A model generated the notes under the pieces. That model was not told where the DNA came from. It searched no databases and saw nothing but the letters and a program-made list of their open reading frames with translations. From Auanema rhodensis (taxonomy: Eukaryota > Animalia > Nematoda), in assembly GCA_964057225.1 (NCBI GenBank), contig OZ059900.1, positions 14,198,001 through 14,262,000 on the forward strand: a stretch of 64,000 nt of DNA, given 5' to 3'. Shown here in pieces: positions 40,472 through 54,073 of the stretch (positions are counted from its first letter, which is position 1; each line of letters opens with the position of its first letter). A program made the position numbers and the translations under genes.

Positions 40472-40838
40472 TTGAATTTGCACTTAGAAACTTTCATTAA
40501 GAGTGTGAGTTTGAAATATAGTAGAAAAATGAAACACTGTCTCTAACATATATTGATTTATGGCCTACTTTACTCAAAGAGCTAATTGAAGTTTGGTGTT
40601 AAAATGAACAATTGATTAACGCTGACGTTCCATTTTTTTTCATCGTAATTGAGATAGAATACTTAAATTAAATGGAAATGTTTAACAATTTAGAAAAAAA
40701 ACACAAGCTCAAATCACTTTTGAAAAAACAGAAAGTTTAAAATAACCTTTTTTCTAATAATTATATTTTTTATCCGACTTTTGGAAGAAAAGAAAAATAG
40801 CATAACATTCAATAACGATGAATCAGAACAAAAACATT

Positions 40839-40910
40839 CTCCCCGGCCGGGAATTGAACCCGGGTCTCGCATGTGACAGACGCGGATACTCACCACTATA
40901 CTACCGAGGA
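40839..40910 (-). tRNA. tRNA-Asp(GTC)
   Basis: Array consensus copy. Confidence 0.95.
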
Positions 40911-41277
40911 TTTAATTTGCACTTAGAAACTTTCATTAAGAGTGTGAGTTTGAAATATAGTAGAAAAATGAAACACTGTCTCTAACATATCTTGATTTAT
41001 AGCCTACTTTACTCAAAGAGCTAATTGAAGTTTGGTGTTACAATGAACAATTGATTAACGCTGACGTTTCAATTTTTTTCATCGTAATTAAGATAGAACA
41101 TTTAAATTAAACAGAAATGTTTGAAAATTTAAAAAAAAATCACAAGCTCAAATCACTTTTGAAAAAACAGAAAGTTTAAAACAACCTTTTTTCTAATAAT
41201 TATCGTCTTTATCCGACTTTTGGAAGAAAAGAAAAATAGCATAACATTCAATAACGATGAATCAGAACAAAAACATT

Positions 41278-41349
41278 CTCCCCGGCCGGGAATTGAACCC
41301 GGGTCTCGCATGTGACAGACGCGGATACTCACCACTATACTACCGAGGA
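41278..41349 (-). tRNA. tRNA-Asp(GTC)
   Basis: Array consensus copy. Confidence 0.95.
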
Positions 41350-41716
41350 TTTAATTTGCACTTAGAAACTTTCATTAAGAGTGTGAGTTTGAATTAAAGT
41401 AGAAAAATGAAACACTGTCTCTAACATATCTTGATTTATGGCCTACTTTACTCAAAGAGCTAATTGAAGTTTGGTGTTACAATGAACAATTGATTAACGC
41501 TGACGTTTCAATTTTTTTCATCGTAATTAAGATAGAACATTTAAATTGAATAGAAATGTTTGAAAATTTAAAAAAAAATCACAAGCTCAAATCACTTTTG
41601 AAAAAGCAGAAAGTTTAAAACAATCTTTTTTCTAATAATTATCGTTTTTATCCGACTTTTTGAAGAAAACAAAAATAGCATAACATTCAATAACGATGAA
41701 TCAGAACAAAAACATT

Positions 41717-41788
41717 CTCCCCGGCCGGGAATTGAACCCGGGTCTCGCATGTGACAGACGCGGATACTCACCACTATACTACCGAGGA
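41717..41788 (-). tRNA. tRNA-Asp(GTC)
   Basis: Array consensus copy. Confidence 0.95.
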
Positions 41789-42155
41789 TTGAATTTGCAC
41801 TTAGAAACTTTCATTAAGAGTGTGAGTTTGAAATATAGTAGAAAAATGAAACACTGTCTCTAACATATATTGATTTATGGCCTACTTTACTCAAAGAGCT
41901 AATTGAAGTTTGGTGTTAAAATGAACAATTGATTAACGCTGACGTTCCATTTTTTTTCATCGTAATTGAGATAGAATACTTAAATTAAATGGAAATGTTT
42001 AACAATTTAGAAAAAAAACACAAGCTCAAATCACTTTTGAAAAAACAGAAAGTTTAAAATAACCTTTTTTCTAATAATTATATTTTTTATCCGACTTTTG
42101 GAAGAAAAGAAAAATAGCATAACATTCAATAACGATGAATCAGAACAAAAACATT

Positions 42156-42227
42156 CTCCCCGGCCGGGAATTGAACCCGGGTCTCGCATGTGACAGACGC
42201 GGATACTCACCACTATACTACCGAGGA
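42156..42227 (-). tRNA. tRNA-Asp(GTC)
   Basis: Array consensus copy. Confidence 0.95.
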
Positions 42228-42594
42228 TTTAATTTGCACTTAGAAACTTTCATTAAGAGTGTGAGTTTGAATTAAAGTAGAAAAATGAAACACTGTCTCT
42301 AACATATCTTGATTTATGGCCTACTTTACTCAAAGAGCTAATTGAAGTTTGGTGTTACAATGAACAATTGATTAACGCTGACGTTTCAATTTTTTTCATC
42401 GTAATTAAGATAGAACATTTAAATTAAACAGAAATGTTTGAAAATTTAAAAAAAAATCACAAGCTCAAATCACTTTTGAAAAAACAGAAAGTTTAAAACA
42501 ACCTTTTTTCTAATAATTATCGTCTTTATCCGACTTTTGGAAGAAAAGAAAAATAGCATAACATTCAATAACGATGAATCAGAACAAAAACATT

Positions 42595-42666
42595 CTCCCC
42601 GGCCGGGAATTGAACCCGGGTCTCGCATGTGACAGACGCGGATACTCACCACTATACTACCGAGGA
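42595..42666 (-). tRNA. tRNA-Asp(GTC)
   Basis: Array consensus copy. Confidence 0.95.
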
Positions 42667-43032
42667 TTTAATTTGCACTTAGAAACTTTCATTAAGAGTG
42701 TGAGTTTGAATTAAAGTAGAAAAATGAAACACTGTCTCTAACATATCTTGATTTATGGCCTACTTTACTCAAAGAGCTAATTGAAGTTTGGTGTTAGAAT
42801 GAACGATTGATTAACGCTGACGTTTCAATTTTTTTCATCGTAATTGAGATAGAACATTTAAATTAAATGGAAATGTTTAACAATTTAGAAAAAAAACACA
42901 AGCTCAAATCACTTTTGAAAAAACAGAAAGTTTAAAACAACCTTTTTCTAATAATTATCTTTTTTATCCGACTTTTGGAAAAAAACAAAAATAGCATAAC
43001 ATTCAATAACGATGAATCAGAACAAAAACATT

Positions 43033-43104
43033 CTCCCCGGCCGGGAATTGAACCCGGGTCTCGCATGTGACAGACGCGGATACTCACCACTATACTACCG
43101 AGGA
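43033..43104 (-). tRNA. tRNA-Asp(GTC)
   Basis: Array consensus copy. Confidence 0.95.
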
Positions 43105-43471
43105 TTGAATTTGCACTTAGAAACTTTCATTAAGAGTGTGAGTTTGAAATATAGTAGAAAAATGAAACACTGTCTCTAACATATATTGATTTATGGCCTA
43201 CTTTACTCAAAGAGCTAATTGAAGTTTGGTGTTAAAATGAACAATTGATTAACGTTGACGTTCCGTTTTTTTTCATCGTAATTAAGATAGAACACTTAAA
43301 TTAAATAGAAATGTTTGAAAATTTAAAAAAAAATCACAAGCTCAAATCACTTTTGAAAAAGCAGAAAGTTTAAAATAACCTTTTTTCTAATAATTATCTT
43401 TTTAATTCGACTTTTGGAAGAAAACAAAAATAGCATAACATTCAATAACGATGAATCAGAACAAAAACATT

Positions 43472-43543
43472 CTCCCCGGCCGGGAATTGAACCCGGGTCT
43501 CGCATGTGACAGACGCGGATACTCACCACTATACTACCGAGGA
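43472..43543 (-). tRNA. tRNA-Asp(GTC)
   Basis: Array consensus copy. Confidence 0.95.
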
Positions 43544-43910
43544 TTTAATTTGCACTTAGAAACTTTCATTAAGAGTGTGAGTTTGAATTAAAGTAGAAAA
43601 ATGAAACACTGTCTCTAACATATCTTGATTTATGGCCTACTTTACTCAAAGAGCTAATTGAAGTTTGGTGTTAGAATGAACGATTGATTAACGCTGACGT
43701 TTCAATTTTTTTCATCGTAATTGAGATAGAATACTTAAATTAAATGAAAATGTTTAACAATTTAGAAAAAAAACACAAGCTCAAATCACTTTTGAAAAAA
43801 CAGAAAGTTTAAAATAACCTTTTTTCTAATAATTATATTTTTTATCCGACTTTTGGAAGAAAACAAAAATAGCATAACATTCAATAACGATGAATCAGAA
43901 CAAAAACATT

Positions 43911-43982
43911 CTCCCCGGCCGGGAATTGAACCCGGGTCTCGCATGTGACAGACGCGGATACTCACCACTATACTACCGAGGA
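43911..43982 (-). tRNA. tRNA-Asp(GTC)
   Basis: Array consensus copy. Confidence 0.95.
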
Positions 43983-44349
43983 TTTAATTTGCACTTAGAA
44001 ACTTTCATTAAGAGTGTGAGTTTGAATTAAAGTAGAAAAATGAAACACTGTCTCTAACATATCTTGATTTATGGCCTACTTTACTCAAAGAGCTAATTGA
44101 AGTTTGGTGTTACAATGAACAATTGATTAACGCTGACGTTTCAATTTTTTTCATCGTAATTAAGATAGAACATTTAAATTAAACAGAAATGTTTGAAAAT
44201 TTAAAAAAAAATCACAAGCTCAAATCACTTTTGAAAAAACAGAAAGTTTAAAACAACCTTTTTTCTAATAATTATCGTCTTTATCCGACTTTTGGAAGAA
44301 AAGAAAAATAGCATAACATTCAATAACGATGAATCAGAACAAAAACATT

Positions 44350-44421
44350 CTCCCCGGCCGGGAATTGAACCCGGGTCTCGCATGTGACAGACGCGGATAC
44401 TCACCACTATACTACCGAGGA
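44350..44421 (-). tRNA. tRNA-Asp(GTC)
   Basis: Array consensus copy. Confidence 0.95.
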
Positions 44422-44787
44422 TTTAATTTGCACTTAGAAACTTTCATTAAGAGTGTGAGTTTGAATTAAAGTAGAAAAATGAAACACTGTCTCTAACATA
44501 TCTTGATTTATGGCCTACTTTACTCAAAGAGCTAATTGAAGTTTGGTGTTAGAATGAACGATTGATTAACGCTGACGTTTCAATTTTTTTCATCGTAATT
44601 GAGATAGAACATTTAAATTAAATGGAAATGTTTAACAATTTAGAAAAAAAACACAAGCTCAAATCACTTTTGAAAAAACAGAAAGTTTAAAACAACCTTT
44701 TTCTAATAATTATCTTTTTTATCCGACTTTTGGAAAAAAACAAAAATAGCATAACATTCAATAACGATGAATCAGAACAAAAACATT

Positions 44788-44859
44788 CTCCCCGGCCGGG
44801 AATTGAACCCGGGTCTCGCATGTGACAGACGCGGATACTCACCACTATACTACCGAGGA
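44788..44859 (-). tRNA. tRNA-Asp(GTC)
   Basis: Array consensus copy. Confidence 0.95.
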
Positions 44860-45226
44860 TTGAATTTGCACTTAGAAACTTTCATTAAGAGTGTGAGTTT
44901 GAAATATAGTAGAAAAATGAAACACTGTCTCTAACATATATTGATTTATGGCCTACTTTACTCAAAGAGCTAATTGAAGTTTGGTGTTAAAATGAACAAT
45001 TGATTAACGTTGACGTTCCGTTTTTTTTCATCGTAATTAAGATAGAACACTTAAATTAAATAGAAATGTTTGAAAATTTAAAAAAAAATCACAAGCTCAA
45101 ATCACTTTTGAAAAAGCAGAAAGTTTAAAATAACCTTTTTTCTAATAATTATCTTTTTAATTCGACTTTTGGAAGAAAACAAAAATAGCATAACATTCAA
45201 TAACGATGAATCAGAACAAAAACATT

Positions 45227-45298
45227 CTCCCCGGCCGGGAATTGAACCCGGGTCTCGCATGTGACAGACGCGGATACTCACCACTATACTACCGAGGA
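45227..45298 (-). tRNA. tRNA-Asp(GTC)
   Basis: Array consensus copy. Confidence 0.95.
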
Positions 45299-45665
45299 TT
45301 GAATTTGCACTTAGAAACTTTCATTAAGAGTGTGAGTTTGAAATATAGTAGAAAAATGAAACACTGTCTCTAACATATATTGATTTATGGCCTACTTTAC
45401 TCAAAGAGCTAATTGAAGTTTGGTGTTAAAATGAACAATTGATTAACGCTGACGTTCCATTTTTTTTCATCGTAATTGAGATAGAATACTTAAATTAAAT
45501 GGAAATGTTTAACAATTTAAAAAAAAATCACAAGCTCAAATCACTTTTGAAAAAACAGAAAGTTTAAAACAACCTTTTTTCTAATAATTATCGTCTTTAT
45601 CCGACTTTTGGAAGAAAAGAAAAATAGCATAACATTCAATAACGATGAATCAGAACAAAAACATT

Positions 45666-45737
45666 CTCCCCGGCCGGGAATTGAACCCGGGTCTCGCATG
45701 TGACAGACGCGGATACCCACCACTATACTACCGAGGA
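45666..45737 (-). tRNA. tRNA-Asp(GTC), D-arm A>G variant
   Basis: GTGGGTATC instead of GTGAGTATC. Confidence 0.9.
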
Positions 45738-46103
45738 TTTAATTTGCACTTAGAAACTTTCATTAAGAGTGTGAGTTTGAATTAAAGTAGAAAAATGAAA
45801 CACTGTCTCTAACATATCTTGATTTATGGCCTACTTTACTCAAAGAGCTAATTGAAGTTTGGTGTTAGAATGAACGATTGATTAACGCTGACGTTTCAAT
45901 TTTTTTCATCGTAATTGAGATAGAACATTTAAATTAAATGGAAATGTTTAACAATTTAGAAAAAAAACACAAGCTCAAATCACTTTTGAAAAAACAGAAA
46001 GTTTAAAACAACCTTTTTCTAATAATTATCTTTTTTATCCGACTTTTGGAAAAAAACAAAAATAGCATAACATTCAATAACGATGAATCAGAACAAAAAC
46101 ATT

Positions 46104-46175
46104 CTCCCCGGCCGGGAATTGAACCCGGGTCTCGCATGTGACAGACGCGGATACTCACCACTATACTACCGAGGA
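46104..46175 (-). tRNA. tRNA-Asp(GTC)
   Basis: Array consensus copy. Confidence 0.95.
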
Positions 46176-46542
46176 TTGAATTTGCACTTAGAAACTTTCA
46201 TTGAGAGTGTGAGTTTGAATTAAAGTAGAAAAATGAAACACTGTCTCTAAGATATCTTGATTTATGGCCTACTTTACTCAAAGAGCTAATTGAAGTTTGG
46301 TGTTAAAATGAACCATTGATTAACGCTGACGTTCCATTTTTTTTCATCGTAATTGAGATAGAATACTTAAATTAAATGGAAATGTTTAACAATTTAGAAA
46401 AAAAACACAAGCTCAAATCACTTTTGAAAAAACAGAAAGTTTAAAATAACCTTTTTTCTAATAATTATATTTTTTATCCGACTTTTGGAAGAAAACAAAA
46501 ATAGCATAACATTCAATAACGATGAATCAGAACAAAAACATT

Positions 46543-46614
46543 CTCCCCGGCCGGGAATTGAACCCGGGTCTCGCATGTGACAGACGCGGATACTCACCAC
46601 TATACTACCGAGGA
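46543..46614 (-). tRNA. tRNA-Asp(GTC)
   Basis: Array consensus copy. Confidence 0.95.
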
Positions 46615-46981
46615 TTTAATTTGCACTTAGAAACTTTCATTAAGAGTGTGAGTTTGAAATATAGTAGAAAAATGAAACACTGTCTCTAACATATCTTGAT
46701 TTATGGCCTACTTTACTCAAAGAGCTAATTGAAGTTTGGTGTTACAATGAACAATTGATTAACGCTGACGTTCCATTTTTTTTCATCGTAATTGAGATAG
46801 AATACTTAAATTAAATGGAAATGTTTAACAATTTAAAAAAAAATCACAAGCTCAAATCACTTTTGAAAAAACAGAAAGTTTAAAACAACCTTTTTTCTAA
46901 TAATTATCGTCTTTATCCGACTTTTGGAAGAAAAGAAAAATAGCATAACATTCAATAACGATGAATCAGAACAAAAACATT

Positions 46982-47053
46982 CTCCCCGGCCGGGAATTGA
47001 ACCCGGGTCTCGCATGTGACAGACGCGGATACCCACCACTATACTACCGAGGA
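46982..47053 (-). tRNA. tRNA-Asp(GTC), D-arm A>G variant
   Basis: Same variant as the copy at 45666. Confidence 0.9.
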
Positions 47054-47419
47054 TTTAATTTGCACTTAGAAACTTTCATTAAGAGTGTGAGTTTGAATTA
47101 AAGTAGAAAAATGAAACACTATCTCTAACATATCTTGATTTATGGCCTACTTTACTCAAAGAGCTAATTGAAGTTTGGTGTTAGAATGAACGATTGATTA
47201 ACGCTGACGTTTCAATTTTTTTCATCGTAATTGAGATAGAACATTTAAATTAAATGGAAATGTTTAACAATTTAGAAAAAAAACACAAGCTCAAATCACT
47301 TTTGAAAAAACAGAAAGTTTAAAACAACCTTTTTCTAATAATTATCTTTTTTATCCGACTTTTGGAAAAAAACAAAAATAGCATAACATTCAATAACGAT
47401 GAATCAGAACAAAAACATT

Positions 47420-47491
47420 CTCCCCGGCCGGGAATTGAACCCGGGTCTCGCATGTGACAGACGCGGATACTCACCACTATACTACCGAGGA
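47420..47491 (-). tRNA. tRNA-Asp(GTC)
   Basis: Array consensus copy. Confidence 0.95.
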
Positions 47492-47858
47492 TTGAATTTG
47501 CACTTAGAAACTTTCATTGAGAGTGTGAGTTTGAATTAAAGTAGAAAAATGAAACACTGTCTCTAAGATATCTTGATTTATGGCCTACTTTACTTAAAGA
47601 GCTAATTGAAGTTTGGTGTTAAAATGAACAATTGATTAACGCTGACGTTCCATTTTTTTTCATCGTAATTGAGATAGAATACTTAAATTAAATGGAAATG
47701 TTTAACAATTTAGAAAAAAAACACAAGCTCAAATCACTTTTGAAAAAACAGAAAGTTTAAAATAACCTTTTTTCTAATAATTATATTTTTTATCCGACTT
47801 TTGGAAGAAAACAAAAATAGCATAACATTCAATAACGATGAATCAGAACAAAAACATT

Positions 47859-47930
47859 CTCCCCGGCCGGGAATTGAACCCGGGTCTCGCATGTGACAGA
47901 CGCGGATACTCACCACTATACTACCGAGGA
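47859..47930 (-). tRNA. tRNA-Asp(GTC)
   Basis: Array consensus copy. Confidence 0.95.
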
Positions 47931-48297
47931 TTTAATTTGCACTTAGAAACTTTCATTAAGAGTGTGAGTTTGAAATATAGTAGAAAAATGAAACACTGTC
48001 TCTAACATATCTTGATTTATGGCCTACTTTACTCAAAGAGCTAATTGAAGTTTGGTGTTACAATGAACAATTGATTAACGCTGACGTTTCAATTTTTTTC
48101 ATCGTAATTAAGATAGAACATTTAAATTAAACAGAAATGTTTGAAAATTTAAAAAAAAATCACAAGCTCAAATCACTTTTGAAAAAACAGAAAGTTTAAA
48201 ACAACCTTTTTTCTAATAATTATCGTCTTTATCCGACTTTTGGAAGAAAAGAAAAATAGCATAACATTCAATAACGATGAATCAGAACAAAAACATT

Positions 48298-48369
48298 CTC
48301 CCCGGCCGGGAATTGAACCCGGGTCTCGCATGTGACAGACGCGGATACTCACCACTATACTACCGAGGA
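48298..48369 (-). tRNA. tRNA-Asp(GTC)
   Basis: Array consensus copy. Confidence 0.95.
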
Positions 48370-48735
48370 TTTAATTTGCACTTAGAAACTTTCATTAAGA
48401 GTGTGAGTTTGAATTAAAGTAGAAAAATGAAACACTGTCTCTAACATATCTTGATTTATGGCCTACTTTACTCAAAGAGCTAATTGAAGTTTGGTGTTAG
48501 AATGAACGATTGATTAACGCTGACGTTTCAATTTTTTTCATCGTAATTGAGATAGAAAATTTAAATTAAATGGAAATGTTTAACAATTTAGAAAAAAAAC
48601 ACAAGCTCAAATCACTTTTGAAAAAACAGAAAGTTTAAAACAACCTTTTTCTAATAATTATCTTTTTTATCCGACTTTTGGAAAAAAACAAAAATAGCAT
48701 AACATTCAATAACGATGAATCAGAACAAAAACATT

Positions 48736-48807
48736 CTCCCCGGCCGGGAATTGAACCCGGGTCTTGCATGTGACAGACGCGGATACTCACCACTATACTA
48801 CCGAGGA
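48736..48807 (-). tRNA. tRNA-Asp(GTC), anticodon-stem variant
   Basis: ATGCAAGAC instead of ATGCGAGAC. Confidence 0.85.
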
Positions 48808-49174
48808 TTGAATTTGCACTTAGAAACTTTCATTAAGAGTGTGAGTTTGAAATATAGTAGAAAAATGAAACACTGTCTCTAACATATATTGATTTATGGC
48901 CTACTTTACTCAAAGAGCTAATTGAAGTTTGGTGTTAAAATGAACAATTGATTAACGTTGACGTTCCGTTTTTTTTCATCGTAATTAAGATAGAACACTT
49001 AAATTAAATAGAAATGTTTGAAAATTTAAAAAAAAATCACAAGCTCAAATCACTTTTGAAAAAGCAGAAAGTTTAAAATAACCTTTTTTCTAATAATTAT
49101 CTTTTTAATTCGACTTTTGGAAGAAAACAAAATAAGCATAACATTCAATAACGATGAATCAGAACAAAAACATT

Positions 49175-49246
49175 CTCCCCGGCCGGGAATTGAACCCGGG
49201 TCTCGCATGTGACAGACGCGGATACTCACCACTATACTACCGAGGA
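49175..49246 (-). tRNA. tRNA-Asp(GTC)
   Basis: Array consensus copy. Confidence 0.95.
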
Positions 49247-49613
49247 TTGAATTTGCACTTAGAAACTTTCATTGAGAGTGTGAGTTTGAATTAAAGTAGA
49301 AAAATGAAACACTGTCTCTAAGATATCTTGATTTATGGCCTACTTTACTCAAAGAGCTAATTGAAGTTTGGTGTTAAAATGAACAATTGATTAACGCTGA
49401 CGTTCCATTTTTTTTCATCGTAATTGAGATAGAATACTTAAATTAAATGGAAATGTTTAACAATTTAGAAAAAAAACACAAGCTCAAATCACTTTTGAAA
49501 AAACAGAAAGTTTAAAATAACCTTTTTTCTAATAATTATATTTTTTATCCGACTTTTGGAAGAAAACAAAAATAGCATAACATTCAATAACGATGAATCA
49601 GAACAAAAACATT

Positions 49614-49685
49614 CTCCCCGGCCGGGAATTGAACCCGGGTCTCGCATGTGACAGACGCGGATACTCACCACTATACTACCGAGGA
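49614..49685 (-). tRNA. tRNA-Asp(GTC)
   Basis: Array consensus copy. Confidence 0.95.
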
Positions 49686-50052
49686 TTTAATTTGCACTTA
49701 GAAACTTTCATTAAGAGTGTGAGTTTGAAATATAGTAGAAAAATGAAACACTGTCTCTAACATATCTTGATTTATGGCCTACTTTACTCAAAGAGCTAAT
49801 TGAAGTTTGGTGTTACAATGAACAATTGATTAACGCTGACGTTTCAATTTTTTTCATCGTAATTAAGATAGAACATTTAAATTAAACAGAAAAGTTTGAA
49901 AATTTAAAAAAAAATCACAAGCTCAAATCACTTTTGAAAAAACAGAAAGTTTAAAACAACCTTTTTTCTAATAATTATCGTCTTTATCCGACTTTTGGAA
50001 GAAAAGAAAAATAGCATAACATTCAATAACGATGAATCAGAACAAAAACATT

Positions 50053-50124
50053 CTTCCCGGCCGGCAATTGAACCCGGGTCTCGCATGTGACAGACGCGGA
50101 TACTCACCACTATACTACCGAGGA
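50053..50124 (-). tRNA. tRNA-Asp(GTC), likely impaired (T-stem and acceptor-stem substitutions)
   Basis: 3' end reads CAATTGCCGGCCGGGAAG. Confidence 0.75.
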
Positions 50125-50490
50125 TTTAATTTGCACTTAGAAACTTTCATTAAGAGTGTGAGTTTGAATTAAAGTAGAAAAATGAAACACTGTCTCTAAC
50201 ATATCTTGATTTATGGCCTACTTTACTCAAAGAGCTAATTGAAGTTTGGTGTTAGAATGAACGATTGATTAACGCTGACGTTTCAATTTTTTTCATCGTA
50301 ATTGAGATAGAACATTTAAATTAAATGGAAATGTTTAACAATTTAGAAAAAAAACACAAGCTCAAATCACTTTTGAAAAAACAGAAAGTTTAAAACAACC
50401 TTTTTCTAATAATTATCTTTTTTATCCGACTTTTGGAAAAAAACAAAAATAGCATAACATTCAATAACGATGAATCAGAACAAAAACATT

Positions 50491-50562
50491 CTCCCCGGCC
50501 GGGAATTGAACCCGGGTCTCGCATGTGACAGACGCGGATACTCACCACTATACTACCGAGGA
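50491..50562 (-). tRNA. tRNA-Asp(GTC)
   Basis: Array consensus copy. Confidence 0.95.
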
Positions 50563-50929
50563 TTGAATTTGCACTTAGAAACTTTCATTAAGAGTGTGAG
50601 TTTGAAATATAGTAGAAAAATGAAACACTGTCTCTAACATATATTGATTTATGGCCTACTTTACTCAAAGAGCTAATTGAAGTTTGGTGTTAAAATGAAC
50701 AATTGATTAACGTTGACGTTCCGTTTTTTTTCATTGTAATTAAGATAGAACACTTAAATTAAATAGAAATGTTTGAAAATTTAAAAAAAAATCACAAGCT
50801 CAAATCACTTTTGAAAAAGCAGAAAGTTTAAAATAACCTTTTTTCTAATAATTATCGTTTTAATTCGACTTTTGGAAGAAAACAAAATAAGCATAACATT
50901 CAATAACGATGAATCAGAACAAAAACATT

Positions 50930-51001
50930 CTCCCCGGCCGGGAATTGAACCCGGGTCTCGCATGTGACAGACGCGGATACTCACCACTATACTACCGAGG
51001 A
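50930..51001 (-). tRNA. tRNA-Asp(GTC)
   Basis: Array consensus copy. Confidence 0.95.
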
Positions 51002-51368
51002 TTGAATTTGCACTTAGAAACTTTCATTGAGAGTGTGAGTTTGAATTAAAGTAGAAAAATGAAACACTGTCTCTAACATATATTGATTTATGGCCTACTT
51101 TACTCAAAGAGCTAATTGAAGTTTGGTGTTAAAATGAACAATTGATTAACGCTGACGTTCCATTTTTTTTCATCGTAATTGAGATAGAATACTTAAATTA
51201 AATGGAAATGTTTAACAATTTAGAAAAAAAACACAAGCTCAAATCACTTTTGAAAAAACAGAAAGTTTAAAATAACCTTTTTTCTAATAATTATATTTTT
51301 TATCCGACTTTTGGAAGAAAACAAAAATAGCATAACATTCAATAACGATGAATCAGAACAAAAACATT

Positions 51369-51440
51369 CTCCCCGGCCGGGAATTGAACCCGGGTCTCGC
51401 ATGTGACAGACGCGGATACTCACCACTATACTACCGAGGA
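51369..51440 (-). tRNA. tRNA-Asp(GTC)
   Basis: Array consensus copy. Confidence 0.95.
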
Positions 51441-51807
51441 TTTAATTTGCACTTAGAAACTTTCATTAAGAGTGTGAGTTTGAAATATAGTAGAAAAATG
51501 AAACACTGTCTCTAACATATCTTGATTTATGGCCTACTTTACTCAAAGAGCTAATTGAAGTTTGGTGTTACAATGAACAATTGATTAACGCTGACGTTTC
51601 AATTTTTTTCATCGTAATTAAGATAGAACATTTAAATTAAACAGAAAAGTTTGAAAATTTAAAAAAAAATCACAAGCTCAAATCACTTTTGAAAAAACAG
51701 AAAGTTTAAAACAACCTTTTTTCTAATAATTATCGTCTTTATCCGACTTTTGGAAGAAAACAAAAATAGCATAACATTCAATAACGATGAATCAGAACAA
51801 AAACATT

Positions 51808-51879
51808 CTCCCCGGCCGGGAATTGAACCCGGGTCTCGCATGTGACAGACGCGGATACTCACCACTATACTACCGAGGA
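51808..51879 (-). tRNA. tRNA-Asp(GTC)
   Basis: Array consensus copy. Confidence 0.95.
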
Positions 51880-52246
51880 TTGAATTTGCACTTAGAAACT
51901 TTCATTAAGAGTGTGAGTTTGAAATATAGTAGAAAAATGAAACACTGTCTCTAACATATATTGATTTATGGCCTACTTTACTCAAAGAGCTAATTGAAGT
52001 TTGGTGTTAAAATGAACAATTGATTAACGTTGACGTTCCGTTTTTTTTCATCGTAATTAAGATAGAACACTTAAATTAAATAGAAATGTTTGAAAATTTA
52101 AAAAAAAATCACAAGCTCAAATCACTTTTGAAAAAGCAGAAAGTTTAAAATAACCTTTTTTCTAATAATTATCGTTTTAATTCGACTTTTGGAAGAAAAC
52201 AAAATAAGCATAACATTCAATAACGATGAATCAGAACAAAAACATT

Positions 52247-52318
52247 CTCCCCGGCCGGGAATTGAACCCGGGTCTCGCATGTGACAGACGCGGATACTCA
52301 CCACTATACTACCGAGGA
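52247..52318 (-). tRNA. tRNA-Asp(GTC)
   Basis: Array consensus copy. Confidence 0.95.
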
Positions 52319-52685
52319 TTGAATTTGCACTTAGAAACTTTCATTGAGAGTGTGAGTTTGAATTAAAGTAGAAAAATGAAACACTGTCTCTAAGATATCT
52401 TGATTTATGGCCTACTTTACTCAAAGAGCTAATTGAAGTTTGGTGTTAAAATGAACAATTGATTAACGCTGACGTTCCATTTTTTTTCATCGTAATTGAG
52501 ATAGAATACTTAAATTAAATGGAAATGTTTAACAATTTAGAAAAAAAACACAAGCTCAAATCACTTTTGAAAAAACAGAAAGTTTAAAATAACCTTTTTT
52601 CTAATAATTATATTTTTTATCCGACTTTTGGAAGAAAACAAAAATAGCATAACATTCAATAACGATGAATCAGAACAAAAACATT

Positions 52686-52757
52686 CTCCCCGGCCGGGAA
52701 TTGAACCCGGGTCTCGCATGTGACAGACGCGGATACTCACCACTATACTACCGAGGA
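52686..52757 (-). tRNA. tRNA-Asp(GTC)
   Basis: Array consensus copy. Confidence 0.95.
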
Positions 52758-53124
52758 TTTAATTTGCACTTAGAAACTTTCATTAAGAGTGTGAGTTTGA
52801 AATATAGTAGAAAAATGAAACACTGTCTCTAACATATCTTGATTTATGGCCTACTTTACTCAAAGAGCTAATTGAAGTTTGGTGTTACAATGAACAATTG
52901 ATTAACGCTGACGTTTCAATTTTTTTCATCGTAATTAAGATAGAACATTTAAATTAAACAGAAAAGTTTGAAAATTTAAAAAAAAATCACAAGCTCAAAT
53001 CACTTTTGAAAAAACAGAAAGTTTAAAACAACCTTTTTTCTAATAATTATCGTCTTTATCCGACTTTTGGAAGAAAAGAAAAATAGCATAACATTCAATA
53101 ACGATGAATCAGAACAAAAACATT

Positions 53125-53196
53125 CTCCCCGGCCGGGAATTGAACCCGGGTCTCGCATGTGACAGACGCGGATACTCACCACTATACTACCGAGGA
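53125..53196 (-). tRNA. tRNA-Asp(GTC)
   Basis: Array consensus copy. Confidence 0.95.
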
Positions 53197-53562
53197 TTTA
53201 ATTTGCACTTAGAAACTTTCATTAAGAGTGTGAGTTTGAATTAAAGTAGAAAAATGAAACACTGTCTCTAACATATCTTGATTTATGGCCTACTTTACTC
53301 AAAGAGCTAATTGAAGTTTGGTGTTAGAATGAACGATTGATTAACGCTGACGTTTCAATTTTTTTCATCGTAATTGAGATAGAACATTTAAATTAAATGG
53401 AAATGTTTAACAATTTAGAAAAAAAACACAAGCTCAAATCACTTTTGAAAAAACAGAAAGTTTAAAACAACCTTTTTCTAATAATTATCTTTTTTATCCG
53501 ACTTTTGGAAAAAAACAAAAATAGCATAACATTCAATAACGATGAATCAGAACAAAAACATT

Positions 53563-53634
53563 CTTTCCGGCCGGGAATTGAACCCGGGTCTCGCATGTGA
53601 CAGACGCGGATACTCACCACTATACTACCGAGGA
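53563..53634 (-). tRNA. tRNA-Asp(GTC), acceptor-stem double variant
   Basis: 3' end reads CCGGAAAG. Confidence 0.75.
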
Positions 53635-54001
53635 TTGAATTTGCACTTAGAAACTTTCATTAAGAGTGTGAGTTTGAAATATAGTAGAAAAATGAAACAC
53701 TGTCTCTAACATATATTGATTTATGGCCTACTTTACTCAAAGAGCTAATTGAAGTTTGGTGTTAAAATGAACAATTGATTAACGTTGACGTTCCGTTTTT
53801 TTTCATCGTAATTAAGATAGAACACTTAAATTAAATAGAAATGTTTGAAAATTTAAAAAAAAATCACAAGCTCAAATCACTTTTGAAAAAGCAGAAAGTT
53901 TAAAATAACCTTTTTTCTAATAATTATCTTTTTAATTCGACTTTTGGAAGAAAACAAAAATAGCATAACATTCAATAACGATGAATCAGAACAAAAACAT
54001 T

Positions 54002-54073
54002 CTCCCCGTCCGGGAATTGAACCCGGGTCTCGCATGTGACAGACGCGGATACTCACCACTATACTACCGAGGA
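54002..54073 (-). tRNA. tRNA-Asp(GTC), acceptor-stem variant
   Basis: 3' end reads CCCGGACGGGGAG. Confidence 0.8.
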